Shown: positions 29,162 to 39,576, counted from the stretch's first letter. The stretch: DNA of 64,000 nucleotides from an uncultured Candidatus Saccharibacteria bacterium (GCA_964361595.1 CAYIAX010000001.1:32100-96099), one strand, 5' to 3'. The notes: a model not told the origin generated them from the letters alone. Made by a program: numbers and translations.

Positions 29162-29756
29162 AAAAAAATTTTATGCGTATTTTGTCCCAGGCAAAGGACA
29201 AGGTATAGCTGATAACTGGGCGGATTGCGAAACCAAAGTGAAAGGCGTGCCGAATGCTCGTTATCGTGCGTTCGGTGATCGGAAAGCCGCGGAAGTTTGG
29301 CTCCACGGAGGAGCCGCTTATGGGAAAAGATCGGCGCCGAAGCTTTTGCCGGGAGTGTATTTCGACGCCGGCACCGGCCGGGGTAAAGGGGTTGAAATTA
29401 AGGTAACGGACGCGCGCGGAGAGAATCTTTTGCCCGTCGTGCTGCGGAGAAAGCAACTTACGCCGTTTGGAACATATGAACTTGCGAATGTTACTAATAA
29501 CTACGGGGAACTTTTTGCTTGCAAAGCGGCGATGCAAATTGCGCTGAAGCAGGAAAGCCGCCGCGTTTTCGGCGACAGCGCCCTCGTTGTGAAATACTGG
29601 TCGCGGGGAGTTTATAAAAAAAATCAGCTGGGCTCGGAAACGATTAAACTGATCAAAGCCACGGCTCGGGTTCGGAAGCAATTTGAAACAAAAAGAGGCA
29701 AATTGGCGCTTATCTCCGGTGGTCATAATCCGGCGGATCTAGGTTTTCACCGCTAA
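29151..29756 (+). CDS. rnhA: Ribonuclease HI with N-terminal hybrid-binding (viroplasmin) domain
   Basis: KFYA...GI..NW.DC..KVKG; FDAG, TNNYGEL, GDS, NPAD. Confidence 0.85.
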   Translation: MAGKKKFYAYFVPGKGQGIADNWADCETKVKGVPNARYRAFGDRKAAEVWLHGGAAYGKRSAPKLLPGVYFDAGTGRGKGVEIKVTDARGENLLPVVLRRKQLTPFGTYELANVTNNYGELFACKAAMQIALKQESRRVFGDSALVVKYWSRGVYKKNQLGSETIKLIKATARVRKQFETKRGKLALISGGHNPADLGFHR

Positions 29757-29766
29757 AATCACACCG

Positions 29767-29794
29767 TTGACTTTTTTGCTTTCCGGCGTATAAT
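29767..29794 (+). promoter_or_regulatory. rnpB promoter
   Basis: TTGACT-16 bp-TATAAT. Confidence 0.7.
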
Positions 29795-29800
29795 AGCCAC

Positions 29801-30403
29801 GGGTACTTCAGGCGATTACTCCCGGCTTAGCCGGGAGAGGAAAGTCGGGACACTCACTGATTTCTTTTAAGAAAGATTAATCCTTAAAAGAGACCGGTCA
29901 AAAAGGTATCCGCTAACGGCGGACCACCGCAAGGTGAAAGGTGCGAACAGAGACGCCGAACATCGAAAGGTGTGAGGCGCCCCCCCCGGTTTATACGAGG
30001 GGGGTGAGCGAAGTTATAAGAAGGGGTCCTCCTTCGCCGCAAGGCTTCGAAGGATCTTCGCGAAGGCTTCGATGAAACGGCAAAATCCTTACCGAGTGCA
30101 AGGCCGTACTCCAGTGCGTAGCACTGGAAATTCGAAATTCGAATATCGAAATTCGAAACAATAAACCGCTTTGGAATTTGTTTCGTGCTTCGGATTTAGA
30201 ACTTCGTGCTTCCAACGCTGCGCATTGGTTTGTGCCGCTTGAGCCTGAGAGCAATCGAGGGCCCAGATAAATGATCGCGCCGGTTTACTCGAGTTTACGA
30301 GAAAGTTGATACCCGCCTTCGTCCTTCGGACTTTGGCGAGGTCTCAATTTACTAGCTCGCTAAGCTCGCAGTAAATTGGACAGAATCCCGCTTACGAAGT
30401 GCC
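29801..30403 (+). ncRNA. rnpB: RNase P RNA, enlarged to about 600 nt by insertions
   Basis: GAGGAAAGTC (P4 5' strand), ACAGAGA, TGAAACGG, CCAGATAAATGAT, ACAGAATCCCGCTTA; P1 GGTACTTC/GAAGTGCC. Confidence 0.95.
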
Positions 30404-30533
30404 ACGATCCTCACATCTGATTCAGGTGTGGGGATTTGTTTTTGGATAAAAAGCAAACAGCAAACACAAAGCCAAGCCGGACCATGCAGGAATAAAAAAA
30501 CCGGCTGCAAGGGCAACCGGGTAAGTTAGATGG

Positions 30534-31025
30534 CTAGACGGGAATATGGCAGAGCGCCCGCTCGAAAATGATCTTCTCAACCAGATCGCGCTCCAGGTCT
30601 TCATAACGAGAAGGATCGTAATACCCCTCGATTCTATTCTGCCGAACGACGAAGCTGTCCGGGTGGAATAAAACCGTGAAAACCAAAGCGCCGGGATGAG
30701 CGCGAGAGCTGATCTCAAAGCTTCCGGGGCCGGGTATCCACGCGTAAAGCCCGACAAAACCCGGTTCGACAAGATTGATCTGGATGCCGGATTGGCTTTG
30801 CGCAACTGCCTCGAGGAGCTTATTGCGTAGCCGGACGAGCAGCTTCCGCAGTTCAGTTTGCTCGTCCTGGCGGCGCAAGTACTCGTTCCACTGCCGGTCG
30901 TGTCGCGCCATTGCCGCGGCCATTTCTTGATCGCTCAATCGCCGCCGTCGCCGCTCATGTAAACCCCACGTCAGGCTCGCCGCAGTGAGGAGCGCCATCG
31001 CGGCAGTTCCTAAAAGCGAAAACAT
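30534..31025 (-). CDS. Hypothetical protein with N-terminal TM
   Basis: MFSLLGTAAMALL... preceded by GAGGTGG. Confidence 0.55.
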   Translation of the reverse strand: MFSLLGTAAMALLTAASLTWGLHERRRRRLSDQEMAAAMARHDRQWNEYLRRQDEQTELRKLLVRLRNKLLEAVAQSQSGIQINLVEPGFVGLYAWIPGPGSFEISSRAHPGALVFTVLFHPDSFVVRQNRIEGYYDPSRYEDLERDLVEKIIFERALCHIPV

Positions 31026-31149
31026 CTTCCCACCTCTCTTTCGATTAAATGGCCTAACCGGAGAAAGACCTGCCTGCAATATAGGCCAACTTGGTGTTTT
31101 TAACAAATTATTGCCGCGGAGGTCGATTGCGTTCGAAAATTCGTCAAAA

Positions 31150-31185
31150 GTTCACGGTGCTATGCTATAGCATAGCACCGTGAAC
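31150..31185. repeat. GCTATGCTATAGCATAGC palindrome family; other copies 39626-39643, 56731-56768, 57229-57254, 60617-60640, 61524-61553
   Basis: Perfect 36-bp palindrome GTTCACGGTGCTATGCTATAGCATAGCACCGTGAAC. Confidence 0.92.
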
Positions 31186-31323
31186 CGGCATCTTTAAACC
31201 TATGCCTTTTATTTTGTAGAATACCTCGCGGCTGCTGCGCGGCGATTATTTACGTAATTCCGTACGTAAATAATTCGCCTTGCCAATCAGCATTGATCCG
31301 CGGTTTTTGGTATGCTTAAGACG

Positions 31324-32121
31324 ATGACAAAAATGAAGGTAGGCGTTTTTACAGCAATTGCAGTTATAATCGTAGGCGCTCTCACCACGTGGTTCCTTAA
31401 GCGTTCGCGCGAGGAGCATGTCTATGTTCCGCCGGCTCCAATCGAAGTTACAGATGAGCTGGTTAAAAAAATAATTCCTGGACTTATCCCCGCGGGCCAC
31501 GAAAAAGATAAGGTAAAAATTCTCGTGGAAGATTTGGACGGGAACGGCACGAAAGATATCGTTCTAAGTTCAGCTGTGCCGCCCGATCCGGAGCTGGGCA
31601 TAACGGAGGCGAAAATCACGATCGTCGAACCTACGGATACAAACGGCAATTATAAATTGGTGGCCGAGTATCCGTTTGTCGAACGCCGGGACAGTATGCC
31701 GTATGCAACAAATGCCCTCGATTTCGATGCGGACGGCCGGAAGGAGCTTTTGGTTCGCACTGGTTTCGGCGGGGCATACACCAATGAAAGCGCCTTATTT
31801 AAAATCAATTGGGATTCGAAAACGCTTACCTGGACCAAAGCCGGCTTTCCGGACGGTTCAAAAGAACTTCTGGGTTTGCTGCAGGGCGCATCCGTGAAAA
31901 ATTATGCTGATTTCGCTCTGGTTGATCTGGATAGCGATCGCACGCTTGAAATCGTGGTTAAGGGAGCGTCTCTCGTCGACGAGGCTGGCAACAGCTTGGA
32001 TCCAAAAAATTGGGAATGGAACATCTTAATCTACAAATGGAACGGCGAATTTTTTGCCTACAAACCCGATCTCACAAAAGCAAATGTCGATAAATTCAAA
32101 AATTTTACGCCCGGGGAATGA
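31324..32121 (+). CDS. Membrane-anchored protein with FG-GAP/VCBS-like repeats
   Basis: DLDGNGTKDIV, DFDADGRKELLV, DLDSDRTLEIVV. Confidence 0.75.
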   Translation: MTKMKVGVFTAIAVIIVGALTTWFLKRSREEHVYVPPAPIEVTDELVKKIIPGLIPAGHEKDKVKILVEDLDGNGTKDIVLSSAVPPDPELGITEAKITIVEPTDTNGNYKLVAEYPFVERRDSMPYATNALDFDADGRKELLVRTGFGGAYTNESALFKINWDSKTLTWTKAGFPDGSKELLGLLQGASVKNYADFALVDLDSDRTLEIVVKGASLVDEAGNSLDPKNWEWNILIYKWNGEFFAYKPDLTKANVDKFKNFTPGE

Positions 32122-32157
32122 TTTTGCGTAAAATTCAGATTATGATTTACTGAACTT

Positions 32158-32571
32158 ATGCAAGAAGGACCGAGGCCAGATAAAGATGCACATACGGATC
32201 GAGAGGCCCAAAAGATCGGGGAAGAGTTCGCAGCTTTAAAATTGCAGGAATGGCTTGAATCCGGCCGGCGCGCGGAACACGAGCGCCGCGGCGTCGGCCA
32301 CAGCCTAATCCAGATGCGCGCGTTGCGGCAGGCGCTTACGGATTTAATCGGCGATCATAAAATCCCCGCCGATTTGGAGTCGGGGAAAGTCAGCGGTTAT
32401 TTAGACGAAAATGTTACCGAGGAAAAGCCCGAAATTAAGGCGCGAGTACTCGTGACGAAGCAGATGCTCGACGACTTAGATCGAGATGGCCTTTTGCCGA
32501 GGGATCAGACTGTTGCGGAGCTTGCAGATTTTTTGGAGCGGGAACTGCGCAAGCTTGAACCTGAACATTAG
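32158..32571 (+). CDS. Hypothetical protein
   Basis: Clean charged ORF in operon-like context. Confidence 0.6.
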   Translation: MQEGPRPDKDAHTDREAQKIGEEFAALKLQEWLESGRRAEHERRGVGHSLIQMRALRQALTDLIGDHKIPADLESGKVSGYLDENVTEEKPEIKARVLVTKQMLDDLDRDGLLPRDQTVAELADFLERELRKLEPEH

Positions 32572-32739
32572 ATGATTAAGCGTAAAGGCGGCAAATACGT
32601 CGTTTTATCCGAGAAGACGGGGCGCTCGTTTGGCACCTACGTAACCAAAGCTGAAGCCGAGCGGCGGCTGCGGCAAATCGAATTTTTCAAACATCTCAAA
32701 GCCAAGGGAAAAGCTAAAAATGCAAAAAAGCGAAGCTGA
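32572..32739 (+). CDS. Small basic protein, 55 aa (not in ORF track)
   Basis: [41 protein letters not shown]...; abuts upstream stop and overlaps msrB start. Confidence 0.65.
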   Translation: MIKRKGGKYVVLSEKTGRSFGTYVTKAEAERRLRQIEFFKHLKAKGKAKNAKKRS

Positions 32740-33133
32740 CTGGAAAAAAGAACTTACGCCCGAGCAGTATCGCGTGATGCGGGAGCGGGGGACAGAGGCG
32801 CCGTTTACGGGTAAGTACGCGCACAATAAAGAAACGGGGATGTATAAATGCGCGGCCTGCGGGCATGATTTGTTCTCGTCCGACACGAAATTCGACTCCG
32901 GCACAGGCTGGCCCAGTTTTACCTCGCCCGCGGCTAAAGCGAATATCAAAGAACAGGTGGACACGAGCCACGGAATGACGCGCACAGAAGTTCTTTGCGC
33001 GAACTGCGGCGCGCACTTGGGGCACGTGTTCGCTGACGGCCCAAAAACTTTGCCGACGGGCAAGCCGGGTACTGGCAAGCGTTATTGCATTAATTCGGTT
33101 TGCTTGGATTTGGAGAAAGAAAGAAAACAATGA
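32720..33133 (+). CDS. msrB: Peptide-methionine (R)-S-oxide reductase
   Basis: [35 protein letters not shown]. Confidence 0.97.
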   Translation: MQKSEADWKKELTPEQYRVMRERGTEAPFTGKYAHNKETGMYKCAACGHDLFSSDTKFDSGTGWPSFTSPAAKANIKEQVDTSHGMTRTEVLCANCGAHLGHVFADGPKTLPTGKPGTGKRYCINSVCLDLEKERKQ

Positions 33134-33744
33134 AAATAAAAGTTATTATTCCGGTAATTCTGCTTGTGCTTGCGGCCGTAGGCGGCTGGTATTTCTTTCT
33201 GCGCTCCGAGCCGTTCAAACCAGGCTTGATTGTTGCGCTTGGCGATGACTTAACCGCTGGCTTTGGGGTGGGGCCGGATGAGAATTATGTGGCGGTGCTG
33301 TCGAAAACTTTGGGTCTGGAAGTGGTGAACGCCGGCAAAAATGGCGATACAACGGAGACTGCGCTCACGCGTTTGGATACCGATGTGCGCGCGTTAAACC
33401 CTCGGGTTGTTATTGTGCTCTTGGGCGGCAACGATATTCTGCGTGGTTTTGCTCCGCAAGAAGTTGAACAGAGACTCGCGAGTATCGTGCAAAAATTGCA
33501 AATCGGCGGCGCGCGTGTTTTGCTTTTAGGCGTTCGCGGCGGCGCTTATAAACATGATTACGATACAGTTTATAATCGCGTAGCTAGCACAAGCCAAGCG
33601 GCGTATCTACCCAATATCTTAGAAGGAATTGTTGATAATGCTGAATTGATGGCCGACCCTATACATCCAAATGCGAACGGCCATAAAAAAATTGCGGAGC
33701 GTATGGAAAAGAGATTGCGCGATATGCTGAAAGTAATAAAATAG
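33130..33744 (+). CDS. SGNH/GDSL-fold protein (nucleophile Ser replaced: GDDL)
   Basis: [23 protein letters not shown]. Confidence 0.85.
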   Translation: MKIKVIIPVILLVLAAVGGWYFFLRSEPFKPGLIVALGDDLTAGFGVGPDENYVAVLSKTLGLEVVNAGKNGDTTETALTRLDTDVRALNPRVVIVLLGGNDILRGFAPQEVEQRLASIVQKLQIGGARVLLLGVRGGAYKHDYDTVYNRVASTSQAAYLPNILEGIVDNAELMADPIHPNANGHKKIAERMEKRLRDMLKVIK

Positions 33745-33880
33745 CATCAAGTTGGGCTTTACCACGATAATCAGCCATGGCTAATTATTGTGGTAATAAA
33801 ATATTGGAAAAACAAGAGGCTTGTAGCCAGCCAGCTTATCCACAACCAGTTCGGCTTGATTTTGCTATACTAAAACTTAG

Positions 33881-33986
33881 AATCCGCGTATATCTGCGTT
33901 CAATCTGCGTTTATCTGCGTCTGATTATCCGCGTTTATCCCTGCCTGCCGGCAGGCAGGCGCGCAGAAATCCGCGTAATCAGCGAT
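33881..33986. repeat. ATCYGCG tandem repeat with inserted CCTGCCTGCCGGCAGGCAGG palindrome
   Basis: Multiple ATCCGCG/ATCTGCG units. Confidence 0.75.
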
Positions 33987-34073
33987 TGTTGCAAAGCAAC
34001 AATGATTAGATGTAATAACTAGAAACGACAGGCCGTCATAAATAGTGAAAGGTCGCAAAGATACATAAAAATC

Positions 34074-34958
34074 ATGAAAAAAACAATTACGGCGCTAACG
34101 ATCGCAGTGCTTTTGGGAGGCCTGGGAACCGTGGCTAGTGCGCAAACAACCACGTCCACAGCAACTTCTTCCGCAAGCGCTCTACTCGAACAGCTAAAGA
34201 GGCAAGTGGAAAGCCTTCAGAGCCAGTTGCAGGCGGCACAAGCTACCAAACAGGAAATTATTGGTACTTTGCGGCTTTTGCGCGAGCTCCGCGAAGGCAT
34301 GTCGGGCGACGATGTCCGCATGCTGCAGCAAATTTTAGCGACAGACCCGCAAATCTATCCCGAAGGGAAAATTACCGGCTATTTCGGAAAGCTGACAGCC
34401 AAGGCTGTAAAGATGTTCCAGAAGAAAGCCGGCATTTCGCAGGTCGGACGTGTCGGACCGCAAACTCTCTCGAAGCTCAATGAGCTTCTGACCGAAGGCG
34501 CGGGCAACTCCGGCAAAGTTCCTCCGGGACTTTTGATCGCTCCGGGCATCGCGAAAAAGTTGGGTTATTCGCCCCAGCCCTTGCCGGGCCAGGTATTGCC
34601 TCCGGGCATCTTGAAAAAATTAGGCCAAGGTGGAGCAACCTCGACGCCGACTTCGACGCCTGACCTCATTGCACCGGTTATCTCTGCAGTAAGCGCAACG
34701 AGCACGACTTCGAGTTCGGTGACGATCGTTTGGACGACGGACGAAAGCGCGACGAGCAAAGTCTGGTATGCAACTTCCTCTCCGGTTGTGGCGACGAGCA
34801 CGACCGCATCGGTCAGCAATTCTGCATTGGTCACGAATCACTCGATCATGTTATCGGGACTTGTGAACAACACGAATTACTACTACTTGGTGCAGTCGGC
34901 TGATGCGGCGATGAATACCACGACCTCCGCGCAGTCCTCCTTCGCGACGCTTCCCTAG
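34074..34958 (+). CDS. Secreted peptidoglycan-binding plus FN3-like protein
   Basis: GDDVRMLQQ.L...TGYFG.LT..AV..FQ; C-terminal WTTDE..TSKV.Y; signal peptide. Confidence 0.85.
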   Translation: MKKTITALTIAVLLGGLGTVASAQTTTSTATSSASALLEQLKRQVESLQSQLQAAQATKQEIIGTLRLLRELREGMSGDDVRMLQQILATDPQIYPEGKITGYFGKLTAKAVKMFQKKAGISQVGRVGPQTLSKLNELLTEGAGNSGKVPPGLLIAPGIAKKLGYSPQPLPGQVLPPGILKKLGQGGATSTPTSTPDLIAPVISAVSATSTTSSSVTIVWTTDESATSKVWYATSSPVVATSTTASVSNSALVTNHSIMLSGLVNNTNYYYLVQSADAAMNTTTSAQSSFATLP

Positions 34959-35630
34959 TTACTAATCCTACGAATGTCCGATCCGAATTAATTCGGAGCA
35001 TTCGTATTAGTGTAGTAAGGAGCGTTGCAAATCCCCGTCATTATGACGGGGATTTGTTATTTTTGTCTTTAAGCAAAAATATCCTGAGCTTGTCGAAGGA
35101 TTTCGCAAATGGGACTCATAATTGTGCTTTTCGCCCGGACATTTTTACCCGCTTTGATTTGGCGGTTTCGTTTGGGCGGCGGCATCGCAGCAATCGTGGT
35201 GGTCGTCTTGATCGTCGTGCCCAAGTTTTTTCATGAATATCTTCTGCATGTCCGGCAAATTTCCCTCGGCCAGGGATTCAAAACAGTTCTAACCTCTTTT
35301 GAGGCTAGACATCATTTGTAGCGTTATGCACATGGGAGCTCTAGCAGAAAAGATTTATACTGAAATCAGGAAGGAGGTCGCCCGCCTATGCATAGCGGAA
35401 TTCGTGCTGCCTGCGTCGGCCACTCCGTCATCTAAGAAGGAGGTGATCCCAATCTGCTTCGCGCCACGGCCCGGGCGCGTCGTAAACCACGTAGCTGGCA
35501 GGGCAAATCCGGGGCGGAGTTTCTCTGCCCCATTTTCTTCTTGCCTTGCAAGAAGCGCGGACTGGCGCAGACCTTACGCGGAAGAACGCGGAAATGCGCG
35601 TTATTTAAATAACTTTCAATATTAAACAAA

Positions 35631-35897
35631 ATGAATAGACCAGAACCGCAATTATCCGAAGCGGCCAAAACTCTCCCCAGAGGCATTTACGAGCATTTTC
35701 GCGGCAACCGTTACCGTCTCCTCGAGATAGCTTTCAATTCGGAAACGCTGGAAGAATTGGTTATCTATGAAGCGCAGTACGGCGACCATCCTATTTTTGC
35801 GCGCCCGCTCGGGTCTTTTTTAGAAACTGTCGAACTTGAAGAAAAAATAATTCCTCGCTTCAGGTTTTTAGGTAATAGTATAGATCAAGTGCAATAA
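35631..35897 (+). CDS. DUF1653-like protein
   Basis: GIYEHFRGN.Y, SET.E..V.Y, ARP..SF.E, PRF. Confidence 0.85.
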   Translation: MNRPEPQLSEAAKTLPRGIYEHFRGNRYRLLEIAFNSETLEELVIYEAQYGDHPIFARPLGSFLETVELEEKIIPRFRFLGNSIDQVQ

Positions 35898-35969
35898 AAA
35901 CGCCCCTCGGTCGGCGGCTAATGGGAACGAAAAGTAGTGAGTAAAGCTTAAATTAAGTATAATAAGAAT

Positions 35970-36248
35970 ATGCCTTTCGACCTCGACCGCGAGAAGTTCA
36001 AGCAAGAGCGGCAAGCATTACAGCGCGAGCTGCGCGAACGAACGGTGGGGTATTTGACCGCCGCTTTGGGCCTGGTGGCCGGTTTGGCTTGGAACGAAGC
36101 GGTGAAGGCCTTGATTGAAACTGTTGTACCCGAAGGGAAGAATTCGCTTTTGGCTAAATTCATTTATGCGGGAGGGGTAACATTGATCGTGGTGGTGATT
36201 ACTATTTACCTCGTGCGGTGGGCGAAAAAAGACGAAACGCCAAAATGA
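35970..36248 (+). CDS. Small two-TM protein (DUF5654-like)
   Basis: AALGLVAGLAWNEA. Confidence 0.8.
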   Translation: MPFDLDREKFKQERQALQRELRERTVGYLTAALGLVAGLAWNEAVKALIETVVPEGKNSLLAKFIYAGGVTLIVVVITIYLVRWAKKDETPK

Positions 36249-37297
36249 CCAACAAGCTTGCGGTTGTCATTGTTATCGTCATTATCATAGCTGCAGCTGC
36301 GTTTTATTTCCTCACGAGAAAACCGGAGATCGCCGTTCTGGGGACCGTGATTTCAAAAAATGAAACTCTTCCCGTCTGCACTTGGAAAACGCAAAGCTTT
36401 TGTGTAAACGTATCCAAAACTGTGGTCATAAAAACCGCTGCGGGCAAGGAGGTAAAGCTGGCCCTACAAGCCGAGGCTAAAGTTTTTAACGAAAACGGCA
36501 ATGAGGCCGACTTCGATTATCTGCGCCCGACATTCGAAATCGAAGCCACGGGAAAGCAAGGCAAAACAGATTTTAAAGCTCGGCAGGTTAGGGTTATGCG
36601 CGCGCCGAGGATTATCGTAACTGCGCCGTTGCCGGATAGCGCTGTCGGCCTGCCGCTCGTTTTAAAGGGGGAGGCGATGGTTTTTGAAAATACTTTTAAT
36701 TACCGCCTTAAGGATGCAAGCGGCAAAATTTTAAAAACAGGTTTTGGCATGACCCAAGCCAAGGATGTCGGCATCTACGGTGAATTTACGGTAGACATCA
36801 TTTATCCCAAGCCGAATATAAACACGGGAATCTTGGAGGTATTTGAAATTAACGCTCAAGACGGAACGGAAATTGAAAAAGTTGCGGTGCCGGTGCGCTT
36901 CGAAACACCGGCAGGGCAAACCATCAAGGTATTTTTTCCGAAGGCCGATTCGGCCAACACCGATTGCGGCTTGGTTTATCCGCTCGATCGAAAAATTGCC
37001 CCCGGAGAAGATCCGGTTAACGGCGCGCTAGGCGAGTTGCTCGAGGGCGTAACCGCCGCTGAAGCCAAGCAGGGTTATTTAACCACAATCAATCCAGGGG
37101 TTCTGATTAAGGGTATCGAAATTAAATCCGGCATCGCGAGCGCGGATTTTACGGAAGAATTACAGCGGGGCGTGGGCGGTTCCTGTAAGGTAACCGCGAT
37201 CCGCGCGCAAATTACGGAAACTTTAAAACAATTTCCGGGCGTGAATCAGGTTGTGATCTCAATTGACGGCCGCAGCGAAGATATTCTCCAGCCGTAA
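36245..37297 (+). CDS. Gmad2 Ig-like plus GerMN domain protein
   Basis: G.A.VFE.T, GGSC.V.AIR.QI..TL.QF..V..V.ISI. Confidence 0.85.
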   Translation: MTNKLAVVIVIVIIIAAAAFYFLTRKPEIAVLGTVISKNETLPVCTWKTQSFCVNVSKTVVIKTAAGKEVKLALQAEAKVFNENGNEADFDYLRPTFEIEATGKQGKTDFKARQVRVMRAPRIIVTAPLPDSAVGLPLVLKGEAMVFENTFNYRLKDASGKILKTGFGMTQAKDVGIYGEFTVDIIYPKPNINTGILEVFEINAQDGTEIEKVAVPVRFETPAGQTIKVFFPKADSANTDCGLVYPLDRKIAPGEDPVNGALGELLEGVTAAEAKQGYLTTINPGVLIKGIEIKSGIASADFTEELQRGVGGSCKVTAIRAQITETLKQFPGVNQVVISIDGRSEDILQP

Positions 37298-37310
37298 TCC
37301 TTAGTAGGAT

Positions 37311-37682
37311 ATGCAAAGAATTTACTTATTGGCCGCGAAGATTTCTATTTCAGTTCTGTGCGTGATAACTATTTGGGCTTTACTTCTGCTTGCGGCAGTG
37401 TTTACTGGTTCGGAGATAATTTTATGGCCGGTTATTTTTTCGGCCTCTTTATTCAGATCATTGTTGACAACTAACGAATCCATTATTTTGGTCGTCCTTG
37501 CAATACCATTCATCGCTATGATCGGAGGCAGTTTTTTGCGGATGAAAGATTTGCCATTGGTTTGGAGGCGAATGGCTCGAGTTCTGTTTTATGCCGGACT
37601 TTTTCTAGCGATCTTATACATACTCTCAACTCTGATATTCTTGAGAATTAACTTCCTTAATTTTCGAAATCTGTCGCTTTAG
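37311..37682 (+). CDS. Hypothetical membrane protein
   Basis: Hydrophobic, AT-rich ORF. Confidence 0.5.
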   Translation: MQRIYLLAAKISISVLCVITIWALLLLAAVFTGSEIILWPVIFSASLFRSLLTTNESIILVVLAIPFIAMIGGSFLRMKDLPLVWRRMARVLFYAGLFLAILYILSTLIFLRINFLNFRNLSL

Positions 37683-38014
37683 CGCTCAAACGCGATTTTC
37701 AATAACCGAATAATGCCCCAGCCTAAAAGCGCATAAACAATCATTGCGACAAGCGTTGCCCATTCGAGCACCGCGCCATCGATAGCGGCGACGGGGAAGA
37801 TACCGCGGAAAGGGAAAATCAGCTTATCGGTTAAATTGTAAAGAAAAGCAACGAACGCATTGCCGGGGTTGGCGGCCAAGAGTTTAAAAACGAAGCGCAA
37901 AATCAAAACCACTTCAATCAAATCGACAAGATAGTAAAGCAGGCGATAGGCCAAAACGGGGCCACGCGGGCTCGTTTCTATGATTACAGTTTTTTCTTTT
38001 GCTTCGTCATTCAT
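37679..38014 (-). CDS. YggT-like membrane protein
   Basis: LRF..KLL.AN, FLY.LT..L..PFRGIF. Confidence 0.8.
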   Translation of the reverse strand: MNDEAKEKTVIIETSPRGPVLAYRLLYYLVDLIEVVLILRFVFKLLAANPGNAFVAFLYNLTDKLIFPFRGIFPVAAIDGAVLEWATLVAMIVYALLGWGIIRLLKIAFER

Positions 38015-38043
38015 AAATTTTGAATCTTAAATCCTGAATCTGC

Positions 38044-38382
38044 TTATTCACGCTTCAGCTTGCCGATCGCGTAATTCACGAGCGCCAAAACTAAACTGAA
38101 TAAAAGCGCCCACCAGAAGCTATCCACCGTAAAGCCCGGCACGATCGCGCTTGTAAGCATGATTAAGAGAGCGTTTAAGATGAAAGTGAAAAGCCCGAGT
38201 GTGAGCACATTGAGCGGGAGAGTGAGGATAATGAGGATCGGACGAATAAAAGTATTAATCAGCGCCAAAACGATTGCCACGGCAAGCGCAATCAAGAATC
38301 CGCCGACGTGCACGCCAGGCAAAAGATAAGCGGCGATCATTACCGCCAGGCCACTTAGAAGAAAATTTATTAATCCTCGCAT
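38044..38382 (-). CDS. Four-TM phage-holin superfamily (YvlD-like) protein
   Basis: N..IRPIL.ILTLP...LTLGLF..ILNA. Confidence 0.85.
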   Translation of the reverse strand: MRGLINFLLSGLAVMIAAYLLPGVHVGGFLIALAVAIVLALINTFIRPILIILTLPLNVLTLGLFTFILNALLIMLTSAIVPGFTVDSFWWALLFSLVLALVNYAIGKLKRE

Positions 38383-38548
38383 TGAATTTACAGCTTAGCG
38401 CAAAAATTGCATTTTGTCAAGTCTGACCAACCGGTCAGGTGCGAGGCTTTTTAATTTTTGGTAGAATTGTGGAAAGCGTAAAAAATCTTTTTATCAGCCG
38501 TCAGATAAAATATTCGCATATTCGTACAAATTTGTATTTCATAGTTAA

Positions 38549-38902
38549 ATGACCATTCACTTAAGCGAAAAACGCTGCGTAGCCTGCGAGGGCGGCACTC
38601 CGGCTTTTACGGACGCACAGATCGAGGAGTATAAGCCGCAAATCGAGCCAGCGTGGCAGATTCGGGACGACGAAGGAATTAAAAAGTTATACAGAGAATT
38701 CAAGTTTAAGGATTTCAAAGCGGCGATGGAGTTCGTAAACGCCGTGGCCGAGATCGCCGAATCAGAGGGGCATCATCCTGATCTTTATATTTTTTACAAT
38801 CTTGTTAAAATTGAACTCTATACGCACGCGGTAAGGGGCCTTTTCGAAAACGATTTTATTATCGCGGCCAAAATAGATAATATATTAAGTAAAAAGGTCT
38901 AA
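38549..38902 (+). CDS. Pterin-4a-carbinolamine dehydratase
   Basis: C..CEGG, FKDF, AE.EGHHPD, TH...GL..NDF. Confidence 0.92.
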   Translation: MTIHLSEKRCVACEGGTPAFTDAQIEEYKPQIEPAWQIRDDEGIKKLYREFKFKDFKAAMEFVNAVAEIAESEGHHPDLYIFYNLVKIELYTHAVRGLFENDFIIAAKIDNILSKKV

Positions 38903-38973
38903 ATTAATTTTTTTAACCGGTCTACAAGTATTCGTAGCATTCGGATGTAATTTGTAGATTGGGATTGCTATTT

Positions 38974-39576
38974 ATGATTCACGAATTACCAAAACTTCCA
39001 TACGCTTATAACGCTTTAGAACCGTATGTTGACGCGCAAACGATGGAAATCCACTATACGAAGCATCATGGCGCATATGTGGCCAAACTGAACAATGCCT
39101 TAAAAGAATTTCCAGAGTGGCAGGAAAAATCGGTGGAGGAGTTGTTGCGTTCGCTCGACCAAATTCCCGAGAGCATCCGCACGGCCGTGCGCAACCACGG
39201 TGGCGGGCACTATAATCATTCGCTTTTTTGGCAGATGCTCCGTCCGGCCGGCGGGGGAGAACCGGAAGCGAATTTAAAAAAAGTCATCACGGAAGTATTC
39301 GGTTCGTTCGAAAATTTCAAAGCGGAATTTGTGAAAACCGCGGCCGGAATTTTTGGCAGCGGCTGGGCTTGGCTTGTGATAAATGAAGAAGGAAAACTGG
39401 CGATCACTTCAACGCCAAATCAGGATAATCCAATCTCAAAAGGGGAGCAGCCAATACTGGGTTTGGATGTTTGGGAACACGCCTATTATTTGAAGTACCA
39501 GAACAAGCGCCCCGACTATATTGAAGCTTGGTGGAATGTTGTAAATTGGGATGAGGTTTCACGATTGCACGAATAA
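38974..39576 (+). CDS. sodA: Fe/Mn superoxide dismutase
   Basis: [35 protein letters not shown]. Confidence 0.95.
   Translation: MIHELPKLPYAYNALEPYVDAQTMEIHYTKHHGAYVAKLNNALKEFPEWQEKSVEELLRSLDQIPESIRTAVRNHGGGHYNHSLFWQMLRPAGGGEPEANLKKVITEVFGSFENFKAEFVKTAAGIFGSGWAWLVINEEGKLAITSTPNQDNPISKGEQPILGLDVWEHAYYLKYQNKRPDYIEAWWNVVNWDEVSRLHE

Noticed and set aside
29991-30254. 87-aa minus-strand ORF
   Set aside because: Antisense to RNase P RNA and built from repeat sequence.
33777-34022. 81-aa ORF
   Set aside because: It is a translation of the ATCYGCG tandem repeat (RVYLR units).
38044-38382. Prophage lysis cassette
   Set aside because: Lone YvlD-type holin-family gene with no phage genes nearby.
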